A stretch of 61,275 nt of DNA from an uncultured Alphaproteobacteria bacterium (lineage in GTDB: Bacteria; Pseudomonadota; Alphaproteobacteria; Methylaequorales; Methylaequoraceae). The position numbers were made by a program, and so were the translations under genes. The DNA is taken from assembly GCA_902590895.1 (NCBI GenBank), contig CACIYM010000003.1, positions 1 through 61,275 of the forward strand, read 5' to 3'. Shown in pieces: positions 46,270 through 57,660 of this stretch; position 1 is the stretch's first letter, and each line of letters begins with the position of its first letter. The notes below the pieces were generated by a model, which worked only from the letters and a program-made list of their open reading frames with translations, was not told the origin of the DNA and made no database searches.

Positions 46270-47223
46270 ATGATTGTTATAACCGGAGGGGCGGGCTTTA
46301 TTGGCTCAAATTTGATTAATGAATTAATGAGAAAAAATACTTATGAAATTGTTTCTGTTGACCAAAATAATGAAAAAAATAAAAATTATTTTTTGAATAA
46401 TAATTTTAAAAAAATTTTGCCTGTAAATTTAAAAAAATTCTTAAAAAATTATAATAAAAAAATAATTGCTATTATTCACTTAGGTGCAATTACTTCGACA
46501 ACCGAAAGAAATGTCAATTTAATAATTAAGAACAACCTTGAATTATCAATTTTCTTGTGGAGCTGGTGCCAAAAAAATAATAAAAGACTTATATATGCTT
46601 CATCTGCAGCTACATATGGAGATGGCTCTAATTTTTTTAATGATCGAGAAGATGACGAATATTTATCAAATCTTTTACCATTGAATCTTTATGGGTGGTC
46701 TAAACATATATTTGATAGACATATTTATAATAAAAAAGAACAACCAAGACAAATTGTAGGCTTAAAATTTTTTAATGTTTACGGGCCAAATGAAAATCAT
46801 AAAGCAAATATGAGAAGTATAGTTTTAAAAATATATCAAACAATTTCCAAAGGTATGGTTGTAAATCTATTTAAATCTCATAATAAAGATTATAGAAATG
46901 GAGAACAGCTAAGAGATTTTATTTATGTTAAAGATGTAGTATCAATAATAGAGTGGTTTATAAATAATCCAAAATCAAATGGCTTGTTTAATGTTGGAAC
47001 AGGAATCCCAAGAAGTTTTAACGATATTGCAAAAGCAGTCTTTGCTAACTCTAATAAAAGGGAAAAAATTGAATATATTGATACTCCTAAAAAAATTAGG
47101 AGTCAGTACCAATATTTTACAAAAGCAAATATTAAAAAGTTAAGAGATTTAGGATATAAAAAGGATTTCTTTTCTCTCGAGGACGGAATAAAAGATTATA
47201 TTGTTAAGAACTTAATCAAGTAA
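46270..47223 (+). CDS. hldD: ADP-L-glycero-D-manno-heptose 6-epimerase
   Basis: Motifs seen: ITGGAGFIGSN, ASSAATYG, YGWSK, FNVYGPNE. Collinear with remembered E. coli HldD (RfaD). Confidence 0.88.
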   Translation: MIVITGGAGFIGSNLINELMRKNTYEIVSVDQNNEKNKNYFLNNNFKKILPVNLKKFLKNYNKKIIAIIHLGAITSTTERNVNLIIKNNLELSIFLWSWCQKNNKRLIYASSAATYGDGSNFFNDREDDEYLSNLLPLNLYGWSKHIFDRHIYNKKEQPRQIVGLKFFNVYGPNENHKANMRSIVLKIYQTISKGMVVNLFKSHNKDYRNGEQLRDFIYVKDVVSIIEWFINNPKSNGLFNVGTGIPRSFNDIAKAVFANSNKREKIEYIDTPKKIRSQYQYFTKANIKKLRDLGYKKDFFSLEDGIKDYIVKNLIK

Positions 47224-47228
47224 TCAAA

Positions 47229-47999
47229 ATGTATGAACACAATTTAGATCCAATCGCTTTTAGTTTTTTTGGTTTAAAAATTTATTGGTATTCTCTTGCA
47301 TATATTTTTGGTTTTATTTTTACATACTGGTATTCGAAAAAATTAATTAGAAATAAAGTATTAAATCTTGATTTAGAAATTGCCGAGGATTTTATTTCTA
47401 TAGGAATTTTAGCTGTAATTTTAGGTGGAAGAATTGGCTACGTTTTTTTTTATAACTTTGAATATTACCTTGTTAATCCTGTTGAAATTTTCAAACTTTG
47501 GAAAGGAGGGATGTCATTTCATGGTGCATTGATTGGTCTGGTATGTCATTTGTTAATTTTTTCACATAAAAATAAACAAGATATTACTGAACTTGCAAAT
47601 TTATTGGCTTTTTCTGGCCCTGTAGGAATTTTTTTAGGTAGAATTGCAAATTTTATTAATGGGGAGCTTATTGGAAGAGCAACAAATGGATCTTGGGGAG
47701 TGATCTACAAGTTTGATAATCTACCAAGGCACCCGTCTCAACTTTACGAGGCCTTTTTTGAGGGATTGGTTATTTTTACAGTTCTTTTTATTTATTCTAA
47801 AAGTGAATTAAAAAAAAAGTTAAACGCATTTTCCATTTTTCTTATTTTATATTCTTTAGCTAGATTTTTTATTGAATTTTTTCGAGAGCCTGACTCACAA
47901 TTGGGTTTTATCTTTTATAATTTTTCAATGGGACAAATTCTAACTTTACCAATGTTAATGTTTGGTTGTATTTTCTTAATAAATGAAAAAAACAAGTAA
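47229..47999 (+). CDS. lgt: Prolipoprotein diacylglyceryl transferase
   Basis: Motifs seen: WKGGMSFHG, GRIANFINGELIGR, HPSQLYEA. Confidence 0.9.
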   Translation: MYEHNLDPIAFSFFGLKIYWYSLAYIFGFIFTYWYSKKLIRNKVLNLDLEIAEDFISIGILAVILGGRIGYVFFYNFEYYLVNPVEIFKLWKGGMSFHGALIGLVCHLLIFSHKNKQDITELANLLAFSGPVGIFLGRIANFINGELIGRATNGSWGVIYKFDNLPRHPSQLYEAFFEGLVIFTVLFIYSKSELKKKLNAFSIFLILYSLARFFIEFFREPDSQLGFIFYNFSMGQILTLPMLMFGCIFLINEKNK

Positions 48000-49020
48000 A
48001 ATTAAAATTCTTTTGTCAAATCATAAATCAATTTCGATGAGTAGATTTATAAATTTATGTCTGTATGAGACTGGAAACGGTTATTATACGAAAAAAAAGG
48101 TTGGAGAAGATTTTGTTACTTCTCCACAATTAAGCCAAATGTTTGGTGAATGTATCTCAGTTTTCTTTTCTTTGATTCAAAAAAAAACTTTTCAAACAAC
48201 AAACTTTTTAGAATTGGGTCCTGGTAATGGGCTTTTGCTAAGAGATTTAATAAGAAGTATTTACAAGATAAAAAAAGAAAAAATTAATTATTTTTTTTTG
48301 GAAAAGTCAAATTTTTTAAAAGTAAATTCTTTAAAGGACCTAAGTGATAAAGGAAATATAACTAAATTAGAGAAGTTTATTTTAGAAAAAAAACCTTATT
48401 ATTTTATTTGTAATGAATTTTTTGATGCTTTACCGATTAATCAATTTGAAAGAAAAAAAAACATTTTTTATGAAAAAAGAATCATACTCAAAAATAGCAA
48501 GTTTGAAATAATTAGGAAAAAATCAAAGTTTTTTTCAAGAAAAAAAATTGATATCAAAGAAGGAGACGTATTAGAAATCTCTCCTCTATCCAATCTGTAT
48601 TTAAATAAAATTTTTAAACATTTAAATATCTATGGAGGAGGAATAATTATCTTCGATTATGGACCTTTGGTTAAAAAAAAAATTGATACTATTCAGGCAA
48701 TAAGAAATAAGAAAATAAATAATTTTCTTGAACACCCGTATGAATCAGACATTACCTATCACATAGATTTCCAAGAAATAAAAGAAAAATCATTGAAGTT
48801 TGGGCTTAAAGCATATGGTCCGATATCACAAAAGAAATTTTTATATTATAATGGCATTAATGAACGGTTTATTTCACTTACAAAAAATCTTCAATCAGAT
48901 AAAAAATTAAAAGCTCTCGAATCTAACTTTAGAAGACTAACAGATCCTGAGGGAATGGGAGGATTAATAAAATGTATGTATATAAGTAAAAAGGAATTAG
49001 ATTTAAGTTATTTTAAATGA
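47983..49020 (+). CDS. SAM-dependent methyltransferase, DUF185/MidA (NDUFAF7-like) family
   Basis: Contains VGEDFVTSPQLSQMFGECI and ELGPGNG. The lgt-DUF185-pgeF order is typical of Alphaproteobacteria. Confidence 0.8.
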   Translation: MKKTSKIKILLSNHKSISMSRFINLCLYETGNGYYTKKKVGEDFVTSPQLSQMFGECISVFFSLIQKKTFQTTNFLELGPGNGLLLRDLIRSIYKIKKEKINYFFLEKSNFLKVNSLKDLSDKGNITKLEKFILEKKPYYFICNEFFDALPINQFERKKNIFYEKRIILKNSKFEIIRKKSKFFSRKKIDIKEGDVLEISPLSNLYLNKIFKHLNIYGGGIIIFDYGPLVKKKIDTIQAIRNKKINNFLEHPYESDITYHIDFQEIKEKSLKFGLKAYGPISQKKFLYYNGINERFISLTKNLQSDKKLKALESNFRRLTDPEGMGGLIKCMYISKKELDLSYFK

Positions 49021-49757
49021 GTAGTCAAAAAATAAAATACTTCGAGAATTTTAAATATTGTTTTTTTACAAGAAATGGTGGTGTCAGCAATAAAAATTTT
49101 AGTTCGCTAAACTGCGCATTTAACGATGAGGAAAATCCAAAGAATGTTATAAAAAATAGAGAAATTGTAAAGACAAAATTTAGTAAAAGCAAAAAACTTA
49201 TTTTGCTTAATCAAATACATTCAAACAAGGTAATATTCCTGAATAAAAAAATACCAAAAGTCATTATTGCAGATGGAGTTGTAACAAATAGAAAAGATTT
49301 ATGTTTAGGAATATTAACAGCAGATTGCGCACCAATAGTTGTTTTTGGAAAAAAAAACTTTGGTATTGTTCATGTAGGTTGGAAAGGTGCTTTTTCAGAT
49401 ATTATTAAAAATACAGTGAAAACTTTTATTTCTAAGGGTGAAACAAATGATGATTTGAATTTTTTTATTGGACCACACATAAAAAAAGAATCATTTGAAG
49501 TAAAGAAAGATTTTATATTAAAACTTTTGAATAAAAATGAGAATTTCAAAAAATTTATAACAAAAAAAAGAAATAAGTTTTTTTTTGACTTTAGCCTCTT
49601 TCTAAAAAAGAAGATTTTAGAATTAGGTATTTCTAAAATAAGGATTTCTAGAATAGATACATTTAGAAATTTTAGAAATTTTTTTAGCTACAGATATTAT
49701 ACAAAAAAAGGAATTAATAATTGTGGTAGGCAAATAAGTTTAGTATGTTTTAAATAG
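49017..49757 (+). CDS. pgeF: YfiH/PgeF (DUF152) family protein
   Basis: Motifs seen: [32 protein letters not shown]. Confidence 0.85.
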   Translation: MSSQKIKYFENFKYCFFTRNGGVSNKNFSSLNCAFNDEENPKNVIKNREIVKTKFSKSKKLILLNQIHSNKVIFLNKKIPKVIIADGVVTNRKDLCLGILTADCAPIVVFGKKNFGIVHVGWKGAFSDIIKNTVKTFISKGETNDDLNFFIGPHIKKESFEVKKDFILKLLNKNENFKKFITKKRNKFFFDFSLFLKKKILELGISKIRISRIDTFRNFRNFFSYRYYTKKGINNCGRQISLVCFK

Positions 49758-49768
49758 CATTAGTACAC

Positions 49769-50701
49769 ATGAAATTAGTTTCAGGAAATAGTAACATAAA
49801 TCTCTCCAAAGATATTGCTAAATACCTTGGTATTGATCTTGTAAAAGCCACAATAAAAAAATTTCCTGACAAAGAGATTTTTGTTGAAATTCATGAAAAT
49901 GTTAGGGGTGAAGACGTTTTTGTAGTTCAATCAACCTCTTTTCCTGCAAATGACCACTTGATGGAGTTATTGATTACCATTGACGCTTTAAAAAGAGGGT
50001 CATCAAAGAGTATAGCTGCGATCATGCCTTACTACGGGTATGCAAGACAAGATAGAAAGTCTGGACCAAGATCACCAATATCTGCAAAGTTAGTTGCCAA
50101 TCTGATAAGTGTAGCTGGAGCTAATAGAGCATTAATGGTAGATCTTCATGCCGGTCAAATACAAGGTTTTTTTGATATTCCAACTGACAACCTTTTTGCT
50201 GCACCAGTCTTCATAGATGATATTAAAAAAAAATTTAAAAGTAAGAATACTGTCATTGTTTCCCCAGATGTTGGTGGAGTAGTAAGAGCTAGAGCTATTG
50301 CTAAAAGGGTTGACTGTGATCTGGCAATTATAGACAAAAGAAGAGAAAAAGCCAGTGTATCAGAGGTGATGAATGTAATCGGAGAAGTTTCAAAAAAGGA
50401 TTGTATTTTAATTGATGATATTTGTGACACTGCAGGTACGCTAACCAATGCTGCTAATGCATTAAAAAATAAAAATGCAAATTCAGTTCATGCTTATATT
50501 ACTCACGGTATATTGTCGGATCCTGCTATAGAAAGGATAGACAATTCTCCCATTGATAAAATGATAATTACTGATAGCATTTTAGCTAGAAATGATGTAA
50601 AAGAATCTTCTAAAATAGAACAAATATCCATTGCACCTTTAATTGGTGAAGCAATTGGTAGGATTACCGAAAACAAGTCGGTTTCAAGTTTGTTTGCTTA
50701 G
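49769..50701 (+). CDS. prs: Ribose-phosphate pyrophosphokinase
   Basis: Motifs seen: [28 protein letters not shown]. Confidence 0.95.
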   Translation: MKLVSGNSNINLSKDIAKYLGIDLVKATIKKFPDKEIFVEIHENVRGEDVFVVQSTSFPANDHLMELLITIDALKRGSSKSIAAIMPYYGYARQDRKSGPRSPISAKLVANLISVAGANRALMVDLHAGQIQGFFDIPTDNLFAAPVFIDDIKKKFKSKNTVIVSPDVGGVVRARAIAKRVDCDLAIIDKRREKASVSEVMNVIGEVSKKDCILIDDICDTAGTLTNAANALKNKNANSVHAYITHGILSDPAIERIDNSPIDKMIITDSILARNDVKESSKIEQISIAPLIGEAIGRITENKSVSSLFA

Positions 50702-50714
50702 TGAGGAGAATAAA

Positions 50715-51428
50715 ATGAGTGAAACCGTTCAATTGAAGGTAGAAAAAAGAACAAAATCCGGTACTGGATCTTCAAGAGATCTAAGGTCGAAAAATTATAT
50801 ACCAGGCATTATATATGGTGAGAAGAAAGATCCTATATTAATTAGTGTTGATGAAAAAACATTAAAAACTAATGTTCAAGATTCTGGTTTTTTTTCTAGA
50901 CAATGTGAGATTCATTTAGAGAATGAGAAACTTAAAGTTCTTCCAAAAGATATTCAACTTCATCCAGTCAAAGAGAGAATTCTTCACATAGATTTTTTGC
51001 GAGTAGGTGAAAATACAACAGTTACTTTGTATGTTCCAGTAAAATTTATCAATGAAAATAGTTGTCCTGGTCTTAGACAGGGCGGTGTAATAAATATAGT
51101 TAGACACGAAGTAGAACTAAAAACACCTGTTTCTAAAATACCTGAATTTCTTGAAGCTAACTTAGATGGACTTGAAATTGGCGGCAGTGTTCACATCAGT
51201 TCAATCAATCTTGAAGAAGGAGTAACTCCAACAATAAAAGATAGAGACTTTACAATTGCGACTATAGCACCGCCAACTGTAATGAAAGTTGAAGAGGAAA
51301 AACCTGTAACTGAAGAAGGGGCAGCGGCTGAATCTGACGAATCAAAAACTGATACAGAGGTCAAACAAGATTCAGACAACAAAACAGAAAATTCTGATAC
51401 TAAGGATGCTACAGACAAAAATAGCTAA
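50715..51428 (+). CDS. rplY: 50S ribosomal protein L25/general stress protein Ctc
   Basis: The ATG at 50715 is preceded by GAGGAG. Contains KRTKSGTGSSRDLRSKNYIPGIIYG and has an acidic C-terminal tail. Confidence 0.88.
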   Translation: MSETVQLKVEKRTKSGTGSSRDLRSKNYIPGIIYGEKKDPILISVDEKTLKTNVQDSGFFSRQCEIHLENEKLKVLPKDIQLHPVKERILHIDFLRVGENTTVTLYVPVKFINENSCPGLRQGGVINIVRHEVELKTPVSKIPEFLEANLDGLEIGGSVHISSINLEEGVTPTIKDRDFTIATIAPPTVMKVEEEKPVTEEGAAAESDESKTDTEVKQDSDNKTENSDTKDATDKNS

Positions 51429-51440
51429 TATTTTTCTAAT

Positions 51441-52004
51441 ATGATTCTTATCGTTGGGTTAGGTAATCCAGGAGAGGAGTTTAAGAACACTCGTCATAAC
51501 CTTGGTTTTGACATCGTAGATATAATTCATAGTAGTTTTACTTTTCCAAAATTTTCAAAAAAATTTGATGGTGTTTTTGCTAAAAAGAATATCTATGATA
51601 ATAATGTAATTTTATTCAAACCAATGAATTTTATGAATCTCAGTGGGGCGCCAGTGTATAAAATATTTGAATTTTTTAATATAAAAAAAGTTAATAATTT
51701 AATAGTCTTTCACGACGACCTTGACCTAGTATTTTCAAAATTAAGAATTAAAAAATCTGGTGGACATGGAGGTCATAACGGAGTTAAAAATATAATTAAA
51801 TTTTTTGGAGAGAATTTTTATAGAATTAAAGTAGGAATTAAAAGTCCTCTTTACACCGAAAATGATATTCCCGCTGATAAATTTGTGTTAGGAAAATTCT
51901 CAACTAAAGAGTTGTCTGAATTGGAAATTTTAAAAAAAAAAATTGTAGAAAATTTTCAATCAATTATTAATAAAAATTTCAATATTTTAATAAGTAAAGT
52001 TTAA
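51441..52004 (+). CDS. pth: Peptidyl-tRNA hydrolase
   Basis: Motifs seen: IVGLGNPG, TRHNLGF, HDDLDL, GGHGGHNG. Confidence 0.9.
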   Translation: MILIVGLGNPGEEFKNTRHNLGFDIVDIIHSSFTFPKFSKKFDGVFAKKNIYDNNVILFKPMNFMNLSGAPVYKIFEFFNIKKVNNLIVFHDDLDLVFSKLRIKKSGGHGGHNGVKNIIKFFGENFYRIKVGIKSPLYTENDIPADKFVLGKFSTKELSELEILKKKIVENFQSIINKNFNILISKV

Positions 52005-52006
52005 AA

Positions 52007-53104
52007 ATGAGTTTTAATTGTGGAATTCTTGGTTTACCCAATGTTGGAAAATCAACTTTATTTAACGCTTTAACTTCAACTCAACAAGCTGAATCAAAAA
52101 ACTATCCCTTTTGTACAATTGAACCAAATATTGGTAAAGTTGAGATTAAGGATGAAAGATTAGATTTAATCTCTAAAATATCCAATTCAGAGAGAACAAT
52201 ATATAATCAACTAGAATTTGTAGATATCGCTGGATTAGTTAAAGGTGCTAGTAAAGGCGAGGGACTTGGAAATAAATTTTTATCAAACCTATCTCAAGTT
52301 GATGCAATAATTCATTTAGTAAGATGCTTTCAGGATAAAAATATAACGCATGTAGACAAAGAACTTTCTCCATTGAAAGATATAACAGTTATAGAAACTG
52401 AACTATTACTCTCTGATCTATCAAAAATAGAAAAAATAATTGAAAATCTTAAGAAAAAAAATAAAGGAAAGAAAATTGAACCAAATTTAATTCAATCCTA
52501 CGAAATAGCATCTGAAAAGCTAAATGATGGCATTCTTTTGAGAGATTGCAGTTTTTCACCAGAACAAGTTAAAGTTTTAAATTTATGTAATCTTCTTACT
52601 TTAAAACCTCAAATATACGTATGTAATGTTGATGAAGAATCACTTTTAGAAGGAAATAATTTAACAGCTGAAGTTTACGACTATGCTCAAAAAAAACAAT
52701 CTAAAGTTTTAAGTATTTCAGCTGGAATAGAAGCTGAAATAGCTCAAATTGAAGATGATGAGGAAAAAAAACAATTTCTTTCGTCTATAGGTTTAAAAAA
52801 TAATTCATTATCAAAATTGATAAAAGAAGGTTATGAATTATTAAATTTAATTACATTTTTTACTTCAGGAGCTAAGGAGTCTAGAGCTTGGGCATGTAAA
52901 ATGGGTACTTTAGCCCCAGATGCTGGGGCAAAAATTCACACTGATTTTAAAAGGGGTTTCATTAAAGCTGAAGTAATAAGTTATAATGACTTTATTGAAA
53001 ATAAAGGCGAACAAAACTGCAAGGACTTAGGAAAAATGCGTTTTGAGGGTAAAGACTATACCGTTTGCGATGCTGATATAATCACTTTTAAATTTAATGT
53101 TTGA
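52007..53104 (+). CDS. ychF: Ribosome-binding ATPase YchF
   Basis: Contains GILGLPNVGKSTLFNAL and FVDIAGLVKGASKGEGLGNKFL, plus a C-terminal TGS-like domain. Confidence 0.93.
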   Translation: MSFNCGILGLPNVGKSTLFNALTSTQQAESKNYPFCTIEPNIGKVEIKDERLDLISKISNSERTIYNQLEFVDIAGLVKGASKGEGLGNKFLSNLSQVDAIIHLVRCFQDKNITHVDKELSPLKDITVIETELLLSDLSKIEKIIENLKKKNKGKKIEPNLIQSYEIASEKLNDGILLRDCSFSPEQVKVLNLCNLLTLKPQIYVCNVDEESLLEGNNLTAEVYDYAQKKQSKVLSISAGIEAEIAQIEDDEEKKQFLSSIGLKNNSLSKLIKEGYELLNLITFFTSGAKESRAWACKMGTLAPDAGAKIHTDFKRGFIKAEVISYNDFIENKGEQNCKDLGKMRFEGKDYTVCDADIITFKFNV

Positions 53105-53726
53105 GTTTATAATTCGAAAATGATTTTAGGACCTCTTTCATTTCATTGTCAGAAAGCATTTTTAAATTTTTAGATAACAAGCAAAAGAAATATTGCTTTG
53201 ACAGTTTTTCGAGAGCAATAGATAGATGAGAGGCCTCTTCTAGATTTTTTCCAACACAAATTTGACCATGATTCGCCATTAAACAACCTTTTCTTTTTTT
53301 AATTGCTTTAAGTACATTTTTAGCTAACTTTTTCGTACCAAACGTTGCATATTCTGCGCACTTGATGTCTCTACCACCAAATTCTGCAACCATATAATGA
53401 AATTGAAGAATATCTTTTCTTTGGCAAGATAAAATTGATGCCCATTCTGAATGACAATGCACAACTGATCTAATCTCATTTCTATTTTTATAAAGCATAA
53501 GATGAAGATCAACTTCACTGGAAGGCTTGATTTTATTATTTTTAATTCCATCCAAATCTAAAATACTTATATGTTTTTCTTTTAAATCTTTGATGTCTAT
53601 ACCTGATGGGGTTATGTAAACTTTTTGGTTGTCTCTGATACTTATATTACCTTCTGAGCCAATATTTAAACCTATATCTAAATGCTTTTTATACGTTTCA
53701 ATAATTTGCAGACCTATACTTTTCAT
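53094..53726 (-). CDS. Class II aldolase/adducin family protein (FucA-like; candidate 5-(methylthio)ribulose-1-P / 5-deoxyribulose-1-P aldolase, or MtnB-type dehydratase)
   Basis: Motifs seen: GSEGNISIR, PSSEVDLH, VVHCHS, HYMVAEFGG, YATFGTKKL, ANHGQ. 1-nt overlap with mtnA. Confidence 0.8.
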   Translation of the reverse strand: MKSIGLQIIETYKKHLDIGLNIGSEGNISIRDNQKVYITPSGIDIKDLKEKHISILDLDGIKNNKIKPSSEVDLHLMLYKNRNEIRSVVHCHSEWASILSCQRKDILQFHYMVAEFGGRDIKCAEYATFGTKKLAKNVLKAIKKRKGCLMANHGQICVGKNLEEASHLSIALEKLSKQYFFCLLSKNLKMLSDNEMKEVLKSFSNYKLKH

Positions 53727-54796
53727 TAATTCCCTAATAATTTTTTAATTAGTTCTTGTTTTGGGTCACAAATTCCTTTCTCAGTTATTAACTTTGTAAT
53801 AAACTTTTTTGGTGTAACATCAAAAGCTGGGTTTAATGTAGGTGTGTCCTTTGCGTAAACATTCATGCTTATAAATTTATTTTTGATTTTTAAATTAACT
53901 TTAGATAACTCATCTCCATCTCGTAACTCTATTGGTATATCAGAAATTTTTTTAATTTTTTTATCAATTGTAGAAGTAGGCAATGCGACAAAAAAAGGTA
54001 TCTTGTTTTCATAAGCTACAACTGCTTTTAAATATGTTCCAATTTTATTACAAACATTTCCAGAAATAGTTGTTCTATCACTTCCTACTAAACACATATC
54101 TATTTGTTTATTTTGCATTAAATGACCGCCCGCATTATCAACAATTACGGTATGAGAAATATTTTCATTCTTTAACTCCCACGAGGTAAGAAGAGCACCT
54201 TGATTTCTAGGCCTAGTTTCATCAACCCAAATATGAATAGGTATCTTTTTTTTTTTTGCGTAAAAAATAGGTGCAAGAGCTGTTCCCCAATCAACTGTTG
54301 CCAGCCAACCAGCATTGCAATGAGTAAGTATGTTTACACATTTTTTTTTTTTTTTGTAAATCTTTTTAATGACTTCTAACCCATATTTGCCAATTTGCTT
54401 ACAAGAATTTATATCATCATTCCTTATTTTATTGGCAATTTTCATGGATTCTAATCCTCTTTGCTCAGGTGGCATTTTTAATATAACTTTTATAATTTCG
54501 TCAAGAGCCCATTTTAAATTTATAGCAGTTGGTCTACTGTTACAGAGAGTTCTATAACTTTTCAAAATATTAGATTTGTTCGGATTTCTATACACTTCTA
54601 GCGCCAAACCAAATGCTGCAGTAACTCCAATAAGGGGGGCGCCTCTAACTTCCATTTTTTTTATTGCATTAAAAAAAGATTTTAGCGAGCTTAGCTCTTT
54701 TATAACAAATTTGAATGGAAGCTTGGTTTGATCAATTATTTTAACCTTATTTTTTTCAACCCAAATTGTTGAGTAATCTTTTTTATTTACTTTCAT
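53726..54796 (-). CDS. mtnA: S-methyl-5-thioribose-1-phosphate isomerase
   Basis: eIF-2B-like motifs RGAPLIGVTAAFGL, THCNAGWLAT, VGSDRT and NPAFDVTP. Confidence 0.85.
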   Translation of the reverse strand: MKVNKKDYSTIWVEKNKVKIIDQTKLPFKFVIKELSSLKSFFNAIKKMEVRGAPLIGVTAAFGLALEVYRNPNKSNILKSYRTLCNSRPTAINLKWALDEIIKVILKMPPEQRGLESMKIANKIRNDDINSCKQIGKYGLEVIKKIYKKKKKCVNILTHCNAGWLATVDWGTALAPIFYAKKKKIPIHIWVDETRPRNQGALLTSWELKNENISHTVIVDNAGGHLMQNKQIDMCLVGSDRTTISGNVCNKIGTYLKAVVAYENKIPFFVALPTSTIDKKIKKISDIPIELRDGDELSKVNLKIKNKFISMNVYAKDTPTLNPAFDVTPKKFITKLITEKGICDPKQELIKKLLGN

Positions 54797-55652
54797 TAAA
54801 TCTTACAATGTTACTTAATTTGTCTCTTGTTATCTTTTTAATTTTTGATTTTTCAGTAATAATAGAATTTTTAGCAAGGTTTTTTGTAAATTCATTACAC
54901 TTTATTGTTTTTTCTTTACAAATTTCATTAATGAACTTGAGAGCATTTTCGGAGTTCTTTTTCATAACTTTAACTATTTGGTCTACTGTGACTGAATCGT
55001 GGTCTTTATGCCAACAATCATAATCTGTTACCATCGACAAACTTACATAACAAATTCCAGCTTCCATTGCTAATTTTGACTCAGGCATGTTAGTCATTCC
55101 AATGACATCACAACCCCAAGACCTGTACAAATTGGACTCAGCTAAAGTCGAAAATTGTGGACCTTCAATACAAATATATGTTCCTCCCGAATGAAAATTT
55201 AGTTTGAGTTTTTTTAACGCCTTGGAAGATATTTTTTTTAAATTATTACAAATTGGTGAGGCCATAGGAATATGAACTACGCAATCATCGTCAAAAAAAC
55301 TTTTATTCCTAATGAAAGTTCTGTCTATAAATTGATCGACCAGAACAAAATCTGAAGGTTTAAAGTCCTCTCTTAAACTACCCACAGCTGAAATTGAAAT
55401 TATATTTTGAACGTTAATTTTTTTCAACGCTTCAATGTTTGCTCTGTAATTTATTTTTGATGGTGATAAATTGTGATTTAAACCATGTCTCGGTAGAAAA
55501 GCGATTTTCTTTCCATTTAATGACCCAATACAAATCTTTGACGAAGGCTTTCCAAAGTTAGATGAGACATCTAGCCATTTAGAGTTTTTAAAGTTTGGTA
55601 TTTTATATAATCCACTGCCGCCTATGAAAGCGATTTCAATTTCATTGGACAA
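54783..55652 (-). CDS. mtnP: S-methyl-5'-thioadenosine phosphorylase
   Basis: Contains IAFLPRHGLNHNLSPSKINYRANIEALK and VIGMTNMPE. The start abuts the petC stop with a 0-nt gap. Confidence 0.85.
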   Translation of the reverse strand: MSNEIEIAFIGGSGLYKIPNFKNSKWLDVSSNFGKPSSKICIGSLNGKKIAFLPRHGLNHNLSPSKINYRANIEALKKINVQNIISISAVGSLREDFKPSDFVLVDQFIDRTFIRNKSFFDDDCVVHIPMASPICNNLKKISSKALKKLKLNFHSGGTYICIEGPQFSTLAESNLYRSWGCDVIGMTNMPESKLAMEAGICYVSLSMVTDYDCWHKDHDSVTVDQIVKVMKKNSENALKFINEICKEKTIKCNEFTKNLAKNSIITEKSKIKKITRDKLSNIVRFNESK

Positions 55653-56420
55653 CTATTCAACATCCTTCCATATTTTTCTTTTCACGCCTAAAAGCATGAT
55701 TGTAAGCAAAATAAGGAAAAATAAAGTTTTTACTCCAAGACTTTTTCTCTCTTCAAGTTCCGGCTCTGCTGTCCAAGCAAGGAAAGAAGTAACATCCTTA
55801 GCTACCTGCTCTTGTGTTGCTTCAGTTCCATCTGAATATTCAACGATATCATCCATTAAAGGAGATGGCATTGCTATTTGGTAACCTGGATAAAATTCAT
55901 TGTAATACATACCTTCACTAGCTTCAAAATTTTCAGGATAATCCTTGTATCCGTTTAACAAACTATATAAGTAGTCAGCACCATTCGCCCTTGCCTTCAC
56001 AATTAAAGATAAGTCAGGGGGATACGCGCCATTATTTGCTAATCTAGCTATTTTATCATTTTCGTAAGGACCCACAAATTTATCGCTAGGTAGTGCTTCT
56101 CTATCAAACATTTCGCCTTCATCATTTGGCCCATCAACTACCTCGTAATCACCAGCAATTACTTTTATTTCATCATTTGTGTATCCAATTCCTTTAAGGT
56201 CTCTGTATGAAATATGTCTAATGCCATGGCATGCAGCACATACTTCTCTGTAAACTTGAAACCCTCTCTGTAAAGATGACTCGTCAAATCTTCCGAAAAT
56301 GCCTTTGAAAGGCCATTTTTGTTCCATTAGCTTCACATCGCTAGTTGCACCCGATATTAAAGCGGGTGATAGAATCATAACTTTCATTATAAAGAAAAGT
56401 CTCAAACACCTATTTAGCAT
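55653..56420 (-). CDS. petC: Cytochrome c1 (bc1 complex)
   Basis: CAACHG heme-binding site, GAYPPDLS, and a C-terminal TM anchor. The ATG at 56420 was chosen as start; it gives an 11-nt overlap with petB. Confidence 0.85.
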   Translation of the reverse strand: MLNRCLRLFFIMKVMILSPALISGATSDVKLMEQKWPFKGIFGRFDESSLQRGFQVYREVCAACHGIRHISYRDLKGIGYTNDEIKVIAGDYEVVDGPNDEGEMFDREALPSDKFVGPYENDKIARLANNGAYPPDLSLIVKARANGADYLYSLLNGYKDYPENFEASEGMYYNEFYPGYQIAMPSPLMDDIVEYSDGTEATQEQVAKDVTSFLAWTAEPELEERKSLGVKTLFFLILLTIMLLGVKRKIWKDVE

Positions 56421-57654
56421 AACTCTCTGTGCCTTTATCAAATTTATCGGATAACACAGCGGATGATATACTTGAAGGTAATTCACCTATTTTCTCGTAT
56501 CTACTTAATATGGGCATTATAACTAAGAAAAATGCAAAATAATAAATAGAGGCTGCACGCGAGATAGTGACATAGATACCTTCGGCTGGCATTGCCCCTA
56601 CCCACCCTAGAATCATACAGTCGACAAAAAACAACCAGTAAAATTGCTTGTAGTACGGTCTGAACTGTGCACTCCTTACTCTATGTTTATCAAGCCAAGG
56701 GAGAAGAAATAGAACTGCTACTGCCGCAAACATCAATAACACACCCATCAGTTTATCTGGAACGGCCCTTAATATCGCATAGAAAGGTAAAAAATACCAT
56801 TCAGGAACAATATGAGCAGGAGTTTGTAATGGGTTGGCTGGAATGTAGTTATCAGGATGACCTAGAAAATTTGGTGCAAAAAATACAAGCGCAGCGAATA
56901 TGATCAAGTAAACACCCAATCCAAAGTAATCTTTTACTGTGTAATATGGGTGAAATGGTATAGTATCACCATCTGATTTCACGTCAATTCCCGTTGGATT
57001 GTTAGAACCGAATTGGTGAAGAGCTACTAAATGTAAAGCAACAACGCCGACAATTGCGAATGGTAACAAATAATGTAAAACAAAAAACCTTGTCAAGGTC
57101 GGGTTGTCAACAGAAAAACCTCCCCATAGGAAAGTTACAATGTAATCCCCAACAACAGGAAATGCTGAAAAAAGGTTGGTAATGACCGTTGCACCCCAGA
57201 AGCTCATCTGTCCCCACGGTAAAACGTAACCCATGAATGCAGTGGCCATCATTAGCAGTAGAATTACTACGCCTAGCATCCATAAAATTTCCCTAGGATA
57301 TTTGTATGAGCCATAATAAAGTCCTCTGAATATGTGGATATATACAATAATAAAGAACATTGAAGCACCATTCATGTGTATATATCTTAGAAGCCAACCA
57401 TTATTAACATCTCTCATTATTCTTTCTACACTATCAAACGCAAGATCGGTATCAGCAGTATACTGCATAGCTAGAAGAATCCCTGTAATAATCATGATAA
57501 CAAGTGTAACCCCGGCAAGTGAACCAAAATTCCAAAAATAATTAAGGTTTTTTGGTGTTGGGTAATCCCTTAAGTTATGATTAATGAAAGTGAAGACTGG
57601 GAGTCTTTCATCAATCCAAGATGTTATGCCTTTCTTTTCTGTATCTTTACTCAT
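56410..57654 (-). CDS. petB: Cytochrome b (bc1 complex)
   Basis: Motifs seen: [36 protein letters not shown]. Confidence 0.95.
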   Translation of the reverse strand: MSKDTEKKGITSWIDERLPVFTFINHNLRDYPTPKNLNYFWNFGSLAGVTLVIMIITGILLAMQYTADTDLAFDSVERIMRDVNNGWLLRYIHMNGASMFFIIVYIHIFRGLYYGSYKYPREILWMLGVVILLLMMATAFMGYVLPWGQMSFWGATVITNLFSAFPVVGDYIVTFLWGGFSVDNPTLTRFFVLHYLLPFAIVGVVALHLVALHQFGSNNPTGIDVKSDGDTIPFHPYYTVKDYFGLGVYLIIFAALVFFAPNFLGHPDNYIPANPLQTPAHIVPEWYFLPFYAILRAVPDKLMGVLLMFAAVAVLFLLPWLDKHRVRSAQFRPYYKQFYWLFFVDCMILGWVGAMPAEGIYVTISRAASIYYFAFFLVIMPILSRYEKIGELPSSISSAVLSDKFDKGTESYAK

Positions 57655-57660
57655 AATTTA

